Source: Acidobacteriota bacterium | GTDB lineage: Bacteria > Acidobacteriota > Thermoanaerobaculia > Multivoradales > UBA5704 | Reading direction: 5' to 3' | Length of the DNA: 24,342 bases | Assembly (NCBI GenBank): GCA_040005235.1 | Contig: JBDTZG010000073.1 | Location: forward strand, 1-24,342 | Shown here: in pieces, positions 1-7,990 of the stretch | How the letters are laid out: the number at the start of each line of letters is the position of its first letter | Position numbering within the stretch: the stretch's first letter is position 1 | Position numbers and translations under genes: made by a program | Notes under the pieces: model-generated | Told to the model about the DNA's origin: nothing | Database searches by the model: none | The model's input: only the letters and a program-made list of their open reading frames with translations

Positions 1-155
<155 letters not shown>

Positions 156-282
156 AGACCCTTATCGCTTGAACCGAAGTCCAAGCGGCTATTTCGGAAT
201 TGCATTCTGCATCCGTCTTCAGGCCGAAACCCGAAGGCAAGACACAGAACTTTTGAAGTGGTCGTTGACCCTTCCTCTATTT

Positions 283-320
283 AGTTTTCAAAGAACCAAC
301 TTGGCCCCGCCTCTTGGGGC
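283..320 (-). promoter_or_regulatory. rrn antitermination boxA with upstream boxB-like hairpin
   Basis: Minus strand GGTTCTTTGAAAACT (297-283) is a boxA-type sequence, preceded by a GCCCC...GGGGC hairpin (about 304-320). Confidence 0.8.
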
Positions 321-328
321 GAATCTCG

Positions 329-356
329 ATACTACCAGAACTTCTCGTCTTGTCAA
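329..356 (-). promoter_or_regulatory. rrn proximal promoter (P3), sigma70 type
   Basis: TTGACA (356-351), 16-bp spacer, TGG-TAGTAT extended -10 (334-329). Confidence 0.8.
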
Positions 357-485
357 CCCCTGCTGACGAACCATTGCCCGCCGACTTGGAAGTCGGCCAG
401 GTTGTTTCTTAGCTTGTCGAAGGAGCCTGCACTCGGCGAGTGCGATCCTTAAAAGTCACCGGATCGCGAAGCGCAACGGCGGCGA

Positions 486-514
486 ATCATAGTTCGCGCG
501 CTCCCCGGTGTCAA
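486..514 (-). promoter_or_regulatory. rrn middle promoter (P2), sigma70 type
   Basis: TTGACA (514-509), 17-bp spacer, TATGAT (491-486), then TCGCC. Confidence 0.8.
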
Positions 515-578
515 CCCTAATCTTTTCGATCGCGACTGGCGAAAGTGGGAAAAGTGTCTTGCCGAGAACCGCTGCACC

Positions 579-605
579 TCAAAGAACTCCGGCCCTTTCG
601 AGCCG
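579..605 (-). promoter_or_regulatory. second boxB-like hairpin plus boxA-like element downstream of the distal promoter
   Basis: Minus strand CGGCTC-GAAA-GGGCCG hairpin followed two bases later by GTTCTTTGA (587-579). Confidence 0.55.
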
Positions 606-635
606 CCCGACCCGTTTCCGCGTCAAGGGAGGCGT

Positions 636-664
636 AGTGTAGGTGCACCCCCCTGCCGTGTCAA
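636..664 (-). promoter_or_regulatory. rrn distal promoter (P1), sigma70 type
   Basis: AAAAAAGGGG then TTGACA (664-659), 17-bp spacer, TACACT (641-636), then ACGCC. Confidence 0.8.
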
Positions 665-674
665 CCCCTTTTTT

Positions 675-1382
675 CTAGATCGTCACTTTTGGTTCAAATC
701 GCACCCTTCGACCCTCGATTTTCCACCTCTCGGAAAGCAGGCGGCGCAGAGCCAAAGCGTAAGCCTGGTGCTCGTTTTCGAGGATTCGGGCGCTCAAGGT
801 TTCGACCGTATCGCCTTCCTCCACCGCTACCGCACTTTGCTCGACGATCGGCCCGGTGTCCACTCCCTCGTCCACCAAATGGACGGTACACCCCGTCACG
901 CGGACGCCATAGTCGAGTGCCTGGCCCTGGGCGTCGAGCCCGGGAAAGGCGGGCAGGAGGCTCGGGTGGATGTTGAGGATGCGGCGCGGAAAGGCGCCCA
1001 CCAGGATCGGAGAGAGCTTCCTCATATAGCCGGCGAGGCAGACCCAGTCGACCCGCGCCTCGCGAAGCGCGCCGAGCAGCGCGCGCTCGTGCTCGCCTCG
1101 ATCGAGCCCCCGGTGGTCGAGCGCGAAGGTCCGCAGGTCGAGATCTCGGGCCCGGACCAGACCGGGGGCCTCCGGCACGTTGCTCGCCACCAGGGCGATC
1201 TCCGCGTTCGGCACCTCGCCGCGCGTGATCGCCCAATGGAGGGCGAGGAAGTTGCTGCCGCGCCCGGAGAGGAGGATTCCGATCCGGAGCGGACCCCCAT
1301 CCTGTCCTTCCCCCGGACCCAACCCTCCCCCTCCCCGGGGGAAGGGACGCTCCGCCGGAAGTGTCTGCGCCCCGCTAACCAT
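675..1382 (-). CDS. purN: phosphoribosylglycinamide formyltransferase
   Basis: Motifs LLSGRGSN, LAGYMR, LNIHPSLLPAFPG, TGCTVHLVDEGVDTGPI, EH..Y. Directly downstream of purM. About 30 aa of low-complexity N-terminal extension, so the start is uncertain. Confidence 0.96.
   Translation of the reverse strand: MVSGAQTLPAERPFPRGGGGLGPGEGQDGGPLRIGILLSGRGSNFLALHWAITRGEVPNAEIALVASNVPEAPGLVRARDLDLRTFALDHRGLDRGEHERALLGALREARVDWVCLAGYMRKLSPILVGAFPRRILNIHPSLLPAFPGLDAQGQALDYGVRVTGCTVHLVDEGVDTGPIVEQSAVAVEEGDTVETLSARILENEHQAYALALRRLLSERWKIEGRRVRFEPKVTI
1310..1348. repeat. REP-like palindromic element within the purN 5' extension
   Basis: CCCCGGACCCAACCCTCCCCCTCCCCGGGGGAAGGGAC; imperfect hairpin 1323-1346 resembling CCCTCTCCC-n-GGGAGAGGG type repeats. 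Single copy in the window. Confidence 0.4.
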
Positions 1383-2457
1383 CGGCCTTGCGGTCCACCG
1401 GATCCGCCCCCAGGTTGTAGACCACCCCCGACCCGCCCTGCTGGACGGTGCCGATCAGGAACGGCTTTTCCCCCGCCTTGCGCAGGGTGGCGAGCAGATC
1501 GCGGAGGCCGTCCTTCTCTACCACAGCGACCATGCCGACACCCATGTTGAAGACGCGGAACATCTCGTCCGCCGGCACCCCGCCCTCGGATTCGAGGAAG
1601 TGGAAGATCTCCGGGATCTCCCAAGCGCCGACCCGGATCTCCGCCCGGGTGTCCTTCGGGAGGATGCGCGGCAGATTGTCGGTGAGCCCTCCCCCCGTGA
1701 TGTGCGCGAGCGCGTGAAGCGCCGGGTGACGAAGAACGGGAGTGAGCGCCTTTAGATAGCTGCGATGAACGGCGAGCAGCTCCTGGCCCACGGTCCGCTT
1801 CTTCGCCCAGGGGGCTTTGGCGGAGGGTGTCAGCCCCAGCTTCTCGAACAGGATGCGCCGGGCGAGTGAGTAGCCATTGGTATGAAGACCGGTGGAGGCG
1901 AGCCCCACCAGCACGTCGCCCGGCCCGACCCGCGAGCCGTCCAGAATGTGCGCCCGGTCGACCATGCCGACGATGAACCCGGCCAGCTCGTAATCGCCCG
2001 GCTGATAGAAGCCCGGCATTTCGGCCGTCTCGCCGCCGAGGAGAGCGCAGCCATTCTCTTTGCAGCCGTCCGCGACCCCGCCGACCAGCTGCGCCATCTT
2101 GTCCGGATCGAGCTTGCCCGCACCGAGATAGTCGAGAAAGAAGAGCGGCGCCGCCCCCTGCACCAGGATGTCGTTGACGCAGTGGTTCACCAGGCAGCGC
2201 CCGACGGTCGAAAAATCGTCCATCTCCCGAGCCACAGCGAGCTTGGTCCCGACTCCGTCCGCCGAAGCGACCAGCACCGGCTCCGCCAGCCCCGAAAGAT
2301 CCGGACGGAACATGCCGCCGAAGCTGCCGATCTCGGAAAGCACCCCCTTCGTGAAGGTCGATTTAGCGAGCTTCTTGATCTTCGCGAGACCCCGCTCCTG
2401 GGCGTCGATGTCGACGCCGGACGCGGCATAGGCGCTCGGGGGTGGGGTCTTCGGCAC
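1375..2457 (-). CDS. purM: phosphoribosylformylglycinamidine cyclo-ligase (AIR synthetase)
   Basis: YAASGVDI, IGSFGG, DGVGTK, VNDILVQGAAPLFFLDY, LLGGETAEMPG, GLHTNGYSL, AHITGGGL..NLPR, FNMGVG. GTG start. Confidence 0.98.
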   Translation of the reverse strand: MPKTPPPSAYAASGVDIDAQERGLAKIKKLAKSTFTKGVLSEIGSFGGMFRPDLSGLAEPVLVASADGVGTKLAVAREMDDFSTVGRCLVNHCVNDILVQGAAPLFFLDYLGAGKLDPDKMAQLVGGVADGCKENGCALLGGETAEMPGFYQPGDYELAGFIVGMVDRAHILDGSRVGPGDVLVGLASTGLHTNGYSLARRILFEKLGLTPSAKAPWAKKRTVGQELLAVHRSYLKALTPVLRHPALHALAHITGGGLTDNLPRILPKDTRAEIRVGAWEIPEIFHFLESEGGVPADEMFRVFNMGVGMVAVVEKDGLRDLLATLRKAGEKPFLIGTVQQGGSGVVYNLGADPVDRKADG

Positions 2458-2465
2458 GGCGGTGG

Positions 2466-2474
2466 ACTATAACA
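2466..2474 (-). promoter_or_regulatory. extended -10 promoter of purMN (probably leaderless)
   Basis: TGT-TATAGT lies 8 nt upstream of the GTG start; no Shine-Dalgarno in between. Confidence 0.55.
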
Positions 2475-2550
2475 GCGGGGGACATTCCGCCCAGTCCACC
2501 CCCACCGGCCACGATGGAGAAAAATGGTAGAGGTGCGGAGCTGACGAGTA

Positions 2551-2798
2551 CCACTTGGCTCCCGAATTCCATTTCGGGACTGCCGAATTGGATTTTCTAA
2601 GCCCGGAATTCCATTTTCTAACTCCCAAATTCGAATTCGGGAGTGCCGAATTCCATTTTCTGAGCCGCGAATACCATTTCGGGACTGCCGAATACCATTT
2701 CGGGAATCCCGAATTCCATTTCGCGGGCCACGAATTCGATTCCGGGGCCGCCGAATTCCATTTCGGGAGTCCCGAATTCGAATTCGGGAGCCAAATGG
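2551..2798. repeat. 11 x 21-bp degenerate tandem array bounded by 19-bp inverted repeats
   Basis: Units start at 2564, 2585, 2606 ... 2774, consensus about GAATTCCATTTCGGGAnTnCC. CCACTTGGCTCCCGAATTC (2551-2569) and GAATTCGGGAGCCAAATGG (2780-2798) are reverse complements at 18/19. Confidence 0.9.
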
Positions 2799-3056
2799 CA
2801 GGTGCCGGGAGGCGCCGAAGAATGCGGCGATCACACTTTTCGAGGCGATTCCTGCAGGGAGGCTAACTGGGAGGGTGCCCTGCGTTCAACTCTAGGGAGG
2901 TTTGAGGCGGTGGGGCCGAGCTGGTGCTCGGCGGTCCCGGGGTTGCACTGCGTTCGGCGTTGGGGGTGAATGCCCGCACGGGCCGTCCTCTCGGGGCCGC
3001 GTGTTATTCTTCGCCGCCGGTCAAAACTGCTGTCGGGAAAGGGGTTCGGTGTCGTC

Positions 3057-3356
3057 ATGTCGAGCGAGCTTCTGTTCGGTCTCTACATCTTCGTCCTCGC
3101 GGGCTTCTTGGGGCATCACGTGATCTCCAAGGTGCCGCCTTTGCTGCATACGCCTTTGATGGCGGGGACCAATGCCATCGCGGGCATCTCGCTGGTGGGC
3201 TCTTTGGTCTCCGCGGGGGCGCATTACAGCAGGCTTTCGACCATCCTCGGGTTCGTTGCGGTGACTTGCGCGACGATCAACGCGGTCGGTGGATTTTTGA
3301 TCACCGATCGGATGCTGCGGATGTTCAAGACCAAGCGGGGCGGCACGAAGTCATGA
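3057..3356 (+). CDS. pntAB: NAD(P) transhydrogenase subunit alpha, part 2 (membrane part)
   Basis: FVLAGFLG..VISKVPPLLHTPLMAGTNAIAG and INAVGGFLITDRMLRMFK. Start moved to ATG 3057 (MSSELL); ATGA overlap with pntB. Confidence 0.95.
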   Translation: MSSELLFGLYIFVLAGFLGHHVISKVPPLLHTPLMAGTNAIAGISLVGSLVSAGAHYSRLSTILGFVAVTCATINAVGGFLITDRMLRMFKTKRGGTKS

Positions 3357-4735
3357 GGGACGCGATTCTTCCGATCTCGTACCTGATCGCCTCGGTCTGC
3401 TTCATTCTGGCGCTCCAGGCGTTGTCTTCCCCTAAGCATGCGCGGCGGGGCAACCTGCTCGGGGCGATCGGCATGCTGGTCGCGGTGGTGGGAACGCTGC
3501 TGCACCACGACATCATCAGCTACGAGTGGATCGCGCTCGGGTTGATCCTCGGTTCGTTGATCGGCGGCGCGATGTCGATCTGGATTCCGATGACCAAGAT
3601 GCCGGAGCGGATCGCGCTCTCGCATGCGTTCGGCGGCCTGGCCGCCGCCCTGGTCGGCGTTTCGGAATACAGCCACCGGGGGGCGGAGCTTGACACGGTG
3701 ACGATCGTCGCTCTCGGCCTCGAAGTCTTCCTCGGCTTCCTCACCTTCACCGGCAGCCTGATGGCGTTCGGCAAGCTGCAAGGGTTCATCAGCGGCGCTC
3801 CCCTCACCTACAAGGGGCAGAACGCGACGAACATCACGATGTTTTTGAGCGCGCTGGTTCTGCTGGTGGCGTTCGCCTACAACCCGACGATGGCGATCCT
3901 GTTCTATGGCATGGGCGCGATCGGCCTGGCGGTGGGCGTCCTCGCGGTGCTGCCGATCGGCGGCGCGGACATGCCGGTGGTGATCTCTCTGCTCAACTCC
4001 TACGCCGGTCTCGCTTCCGCGGCGACCGGTTTCGCGCTCGGCAACTACGTGTTGATCATCGCCGGGGCGCTCGACGGCACCTCCGGCTTCCTGCTCTCGA
4101 TGAAGATGAGCAAGGCGATGAACCGCTCGTTCGCCAACATCCTGTTCGGCGCGTTCGGCACGGGGGACGCTTCTCCGACCGACAGTGCCGCGGCGGCGGC
4201 CGGCGCGCGCTACAACCTGGCGACCGTCGATGATGCGGTGGGGGTGCTCGACGCCGCTCAGACTTTGATCGTGGTCCCCGGGTACGGCATGGCGGTCTCC
4301 CAGGCGCAGCACGCGCTGCGGGATCTGACCAGCGCTTTGGAGGCCAAGGGGGCGAAAGTCCAATACGCCGTTCACCCCGTGGCGGGCCGCATGCCGGGGC
4401 ACATGAACGTCCTGCTTGCCGAGGCGAACATTCCCTACGACCAGATTTTCGACCTCGACGAGATCAACGACGAGTTCTCCCGTACCGACGCCGTCCTGGT
4501 GGTGGGAGCGAACGACGTCGTGAACCCGGCGGCGAAGACCAATCCGGGCAGCGCGATCTACGGCATGCCGGTGTTCAACGTCGATCAGGCGCGCGCGATC
4601 ATCGTCCTCAAGCGGAGCATGAACCCGGGCTTTTCGGGGCTGGAAAACGACCTGTTCGGGCTACCGAATACGATGATGGTGCTGGGCGACGCCAAAGCGA
4701 CGATTAAGGAATTGACGGCGGGCATCCGGGGGTAG
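3353..4735 (+). CDS. pntB: NAD(P) transhydrogenase subunit beta
   Basis: ARRGNLLG, MTKMPE, GSLMAFGKLQG, IGGADMPVVISLLNSY, AMNRS, VPGYGMAVSQAQ, HPVAGRMPGHMNVLLAEA, GANDVVNPAA. Real start ATG 3353 (MRDAIL), not 2924. Confidence 0.98.
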   Translation: MRDAILPISYLIASVCFILALQALSSPKHARRGNLLGAIGMLVAVVGTLLHHDIISYEWIALGLILGSLIGGAMSIWIPMTKMPERIALSHAFGGLAAALVGVSEYSHRGAELDTVTIVALGLEVFLGFLTFTGSLMAFGKLQGFISGAPLTYKGQNATNITMFLSALVLLVAFAYNPTMAILFYGMGAIGLAVGVLAVLPIGGADMPVVISLLNSYAGLASAATGFALGNYVLIIAGALDGTSGFLLSMKMSKAMNRSFANILFGAFGTGDASPTDSAAAAAGARYNLATVDDAVGVLDAAQTLIVVPGYGMAVSQAQHALRDLTSALEAKGAKVQYAVHPVAGRMPGHMNVLLAEANIPYDQIFDLDEINDEFSRTDAVLVVGANDVVNPAAKTNPGSAIYGMPVFNVDQARAIIVLKRSMNPGFSGLENDLFGLPNTMMVLGDAKATIKELTAGIRG

Positions 4736-4756
4736 AACGGACGCCCGAGGGAGCGC

Positions 4757-6055
4757 TTACCGCAGCTCGAAGATCTGCGCCTTGATCGCGTTGCCGGGGC
4801 ACCAGGAAGAGGGCATTTCGCCTTCCCAGGTGAGCAGGAGGCGGCCGGCCTCCAGCGCGGCGCCGAAGCCGTGTCCCTGCGTGTAGTAAAGCTCCGGCTG
4901 GGCTGGTGCCACGTCGATTCTCGAACCCTGGCGGACCAGGTCGGTGCTCAGGTGGACTGCCTTCAGCCGATCGCCGTCGATCCAGGCGAGGGCGTAGCTG
5001 CCGTTGGCGTCGCGCAGCAGGACCGGCTGGACGAACGAGGTGACCGGTCCGAGATCCTTCACCTTCCCCAGCAGCCGGCCGGTGGCCGCCAGACGGCCGG
5101 CGTTCAACCGCATCGCGCCGCCCTGCGCCTTGCGGGCCCAGATCACGATCGTCTGGTCGTTGTCCGCGCGGGCGATCGCGACACCGTCGGCCGCGCGCAG
5201 GGCGAGCCGCACCGGGGCCATCAGACGAACGCCCGCGGCGTTGAATCGCTGGCTCCAGAGATTCGCGAGGCGAAGCGGGTTCGGACCCTCGACCGGTTCC
5301 AGCCAGGCCGCGGTGGCGATCCCCGCGGCGTTGAGAATCACCGCGGGCCGGACCTGGTTTTCGCTCTGGCGGCCGTTGCCCAGCCGCAGCGAAGAGGTGG
5401 TCGGCGCGCCCGCGGCGTCGAACGAAAGAAGGTTGTAGCGCAGGGTGCCACCCACGCTCGCCAGCGCGTCGCGGGTCAGCTCGGGCCAGGCGAGGGCCGT
5501 CTTGCCGTCGCCGCTGCCGGCGAGGTTCGGCAGGTCGCCGTAGATGTTGGAGGAGGGATCGCCGATCCGGCGAGGGTATGCCTCGGGAAGGCCGTTCGCG
5601 CCGAACGACTGGGCGAAGACGTCGCGGCCGATGGCGTGGTTCTGTGCCCAGGCGACCTCAAAGCGGCCGTTGCCGAGGCTCGCGAGCGTCGGCCAGGAGA
5701 GGAGCCGCGCGCCGGGAACGCCGGGTAGATCGACGATGAACTGGGCGCCAATCTGGCCCGAGCGGTCGATCAGCTGACCTCCGATCGTGTTCATCATCAC
5801 GTCCTGCACGTTCATGCCGAAGGCCTTCTCGTCCCGCCAGGCGACGGCGAAACCGTTGCCCAGAGCTACCGCGGTCGGCTGCGAGCGCGTGACGACCGCG
5901 TTGGCACCCCCCGGATCGACCGGGGGCGGGGTGATGATTTCCGGGATGACTTCGAAAACGGCGGTCGCCGGGGCCAGCTCGGCGTGGAGCGCGGGGACCG
6001 CGATCGAGGCCGCTGCGAGGATCAGGAAACCGAATCGTCGAACCGGGATGGTCAT
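4757..6055 (-). CDS. secreted hypothetical protein with repeated beta-rich units (possible beta-propeller)
   Basis: Sec signal peptide (RRFGFLILAAASIAVPALHA) and GGAGG RBS. Recurrent units such as PTAVALGNGFAVAW, PTLASLGNGRFEVAW, PNLAGSGDGKTALAW, PAVILNAAGIATAAW, PVLLRDANGSYALAW. Confidence 0.75.
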   Translation of the reverse strand: MTIPVRRFGFLILAAASIAVPALHAELAPATAVFEVIPEIITPPPVDPGGANAVVTRSQPTAVALGNGFAVAWRDEKAFGMNVQDVMMNTIGGQLIDRSGQIGAQFIVDLPGVPGARLLSWPTLASLGNGRFEVAWAQNHAIGRDVFAQSFGANGLPEAYPRRIGDPSSNIYGDLPNLAGSGDGKTALAWPELTRDALASVGGTLRYNLLSFDAAGAPTTSSLRLGNGRQSENQVRPAVILNAAGIATAAWLEPVEGPNPLRLANLWSQRFNAAGVRLMAPVRLALRAADGVAIARADNDQTIVIWARKAQGGAMRLNAGRLAATGRLLGKVKDLGPVTSFVQPVLLRDANGSYALAWIDGDRLKAVHLSTDLVRQGSRIDVAPAQPELYYTQGHGFGAALEAGRLLLTWEGEMPSSWCPGNAIKAQIFELR

Positions 6056-6133
6056 CCAAACACCTCCGTGGTGGGGTTGCTGCTCCTCAATTTCTTGCGA
6101 TTACAGCATTTTTTGGGACTGCCGGGCAAGGTG

Positions 6134-7918
6134 TCAGGCGAAGATCCGTGGCGCCTCTTGGACCGGCCGGGCCTGCTCGGCTTCGTGGATCTCGCCGCCA
6201 ACCGCCCGGTAGGTACCTTGGCCGAGGTTCCAGAGCACCTGATTGCGGCCCCGGCGCTTCGCCTCGTAGAGCGCCTCGTCGGCAAAGACCAGCAGCTCCG
6301 CGGGCGCCTTGACGTGGAGCTCGGGGAAGGCGGCGACCCCGGCGCTCATGGTGATCGGCACACGTTTGCCGTCGACGATCAGGTCGATTTCCTCGATTTT
6401 TTCGCGCAGCCGTTCGGCGAGCGTGAGCGCCGTGCCGCCGTTGGCTTCTTCGAGCAGGATGGCGAATTCCTCGCCGCCGTAGCGGGCGCAGAGGTCGTCG
6501 TCCCGGCGGTGATTTTCGAGTACCGTGGCCGCCGAGATCAGGGCCCGGTCCCCCACGTCGTGGCCGTAGGTGTCGTTGATCCGCTTGAAGTGGTCGAGGT
6601 CGCAGAGGATCACCGCCATCGGCGCCCCGCCCGAAAGGGCGCGGGCGTACGCCTCTTGAAGGCGGCGTTCGAGGATGCGGCGGACGGCGACTCCCGTGAG
6701 CGGATCTTCGCGCGCTTCGCGATCGAGCAGGGCGTGCTCGACCGAGGTGGCCATCTGCGGCAGCAGGCGGTCGAGCCGCTCGATCGCCGGGGCATCCACC
6801 CGGCGCGGATCGCACCAGAGGCGCAGGTGGACGACCGAGGCGCGCTCGGTCTGTAGGCTTCGCTCGACGATCTGCCAGGGCCGTCGGCGATGGAAGCCGA
6901 GCAGGGCGGGCGGGTGCTCTTCGGGCTCCGGCGCGCCATCGAACACCGCCGTTCCGCCGTGCGACCACCAGCTGCGGGCCGGGGCGGAAAGGGGGGCAAG
7001 CTCGAACTGGAGCCACCCGTAGTCGAGCACCCGGCTGCATTCGAGCGCAATCTGCTGGATCACCTGCGACAACTCTCCCGCTTTGAACATCTTCTGCCCC
7101 GCCAAACCGATCGTTTCGAGATCGGTGGCCCGCAGCTTGTGGCTCTCCGCGGCGTAGGCCTGACGCGCGGCTTCGAGCGCGAGCAGGGCGAGCATCAGCA
7201 GGATCATCCCCGCCATCCGCCAGCCGATCGAAAGGCCGATCGAGAGGAGAATCGCGCCGCCGATCCACCCGAGCGCATCGAGGCCAAGCGGCAGCAAAAT
7301 CGGCCGCAGCTCGACCGGCCGGTCGGGACGGCGCAGCCAGCGGTCGGCGGCTTCGAGCGCCACCCAGACCACCAGGTAGATCAGCGACCCGGCGAGCACC
7401 GACGCCGCGACGGCTGCCGGATCGCCGGCCGCGGGGGGCCGGCGTGCCGCGGCGAAGCGAAACGCTCCTCCCGCCGCGAGAACGGCGAGCACGATGCGAC
7501 CGGCGCTTTCGAGAGCGCGGACCGTGCCGCGGCGCTCCTGGGTGGTCGACTCCAGACCGGGCGCCCGGCTGGCGAGCCGGGCGAGGATGCGATACCCCAG
7601 CTCGACGGCCAGGAAGGCGGCCGCGGCGAGCAGGGCGGCGGACGCGGGACTCGCCCGGAGCAGCAAGAGGGGAAGGGCGAGCGCCCCAAGCCCGAGGGTC
7701 CCGGTGCCGGCGAGCGGACGGTGGGACGCCGCGAACGCCAGCGCGGCCGCGACGAAGAGCAGCTCGGCCCAGCTCGCCGTCCGCGCCCCAGCGCCGACCG
7801 CGAAACCGAGCGCAATCGGCGCGCCGAGCAGCGGCACCAGCGCCGCCCAGACGTCGCGCGGGATCGCGACGGACGGCCGCCCGGAGGCGCGCGGGGCAAG
7901 CGGCGAGGACTCGGTCAT
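6134..7918 (-). CDS. membrane-anchored GGDEF diguanylate cyclase
   Basis: Multi-TM N-terminus; DPLTG, DLDHFKRINDTYGH..GD, RDDD inhibitory site and RYGGEEF, ADEALYEAKRRGRN. Confidence 0.93.
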   Translation of the reverse strand: MTESSPLAPRASGRPSVAIPRDVWAALVPLLGAPIALGFAVGAGARTASWAELLFVAAALAFAASHRPLAGTGTLGLGALALPLLLLRASPASAALLAAAAFLAVELGYRILARLASRAPGLESTTQERRGTVRALESAGRIVLAVLAAGGAFRFAAARRPPAAGDPAAVAASVLAGSLIYLVVWVALEAADRWLRRPDRPVELRPILLPLGLDALGWIGGAILLSIGLSIGWRMAGMILLMLALLALEAARQAYAAESHKLRATDLETIGLAGQKMFKAGELSQVIQQIALECSRVLDYGWLQFELAPLSAPARSWWSHGGTAVFDGAPEPEEHPPALLGFHRRRPWQIVERSLQTERASVVHLRLWCDPRRVDAPAIERLDRLLPQMATSVEHALLDREAREDPLTGVAVRRILERRLQEAYARALSGGAPMAVILCDLDHFKRINDTYGHDVGDRALISAATVLENHRRDDDLCARYGGEEFAILLEEANGGTALTLAERLREKIEEIDLIVDGKRVPITMSAGVAAFPELHVKAPAELLVFADEALYEAKRRGRNQVLWNLGQGTYRAVGGEIHEAEQARPVQEAPRIFA

Positions 7919-7990
7919 CGGAAATTTGGAACGCTGGGGTCGATTCTAGCCCGCCCGCCTCGATATGCTGCCGCCCGGAGGGATCAAACG

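Noticed and set aside
360-480. Possible tRNA or separate sRNA among the rrn leader hairpins
   Set aside because: No cloverleaf, T-loop or CCA pattern; the hairpins are explained as leader structure.
2551-2798. CRISPR array
   Set aside because: Units are contiguous, degenerate 21-mers with no unique spacers, and no cas genes are in the window.
2187-2866. ORFs 2555-2866 (+) and 2187-2834 (-) as confident genes
   Set aside because: Weak starts without a clear RBS; openness follows from the in-phase repeat; the minus ORF overlaps purM out of frame. Kept only as a hypothesis.
2924-3352. N-terminal extension of PntB, or a pntAA remnant at 2800-3056
   Set aside because: The extension overlaps pntAB in another frame, and no domain I motifs are visible upstream.
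6890-7990. 859-aa version of the membrane protein
   Set aside because: The first 367 codons are the antisense shadow of the GGDEF gene; a good RBS and ATG exist at 7991.
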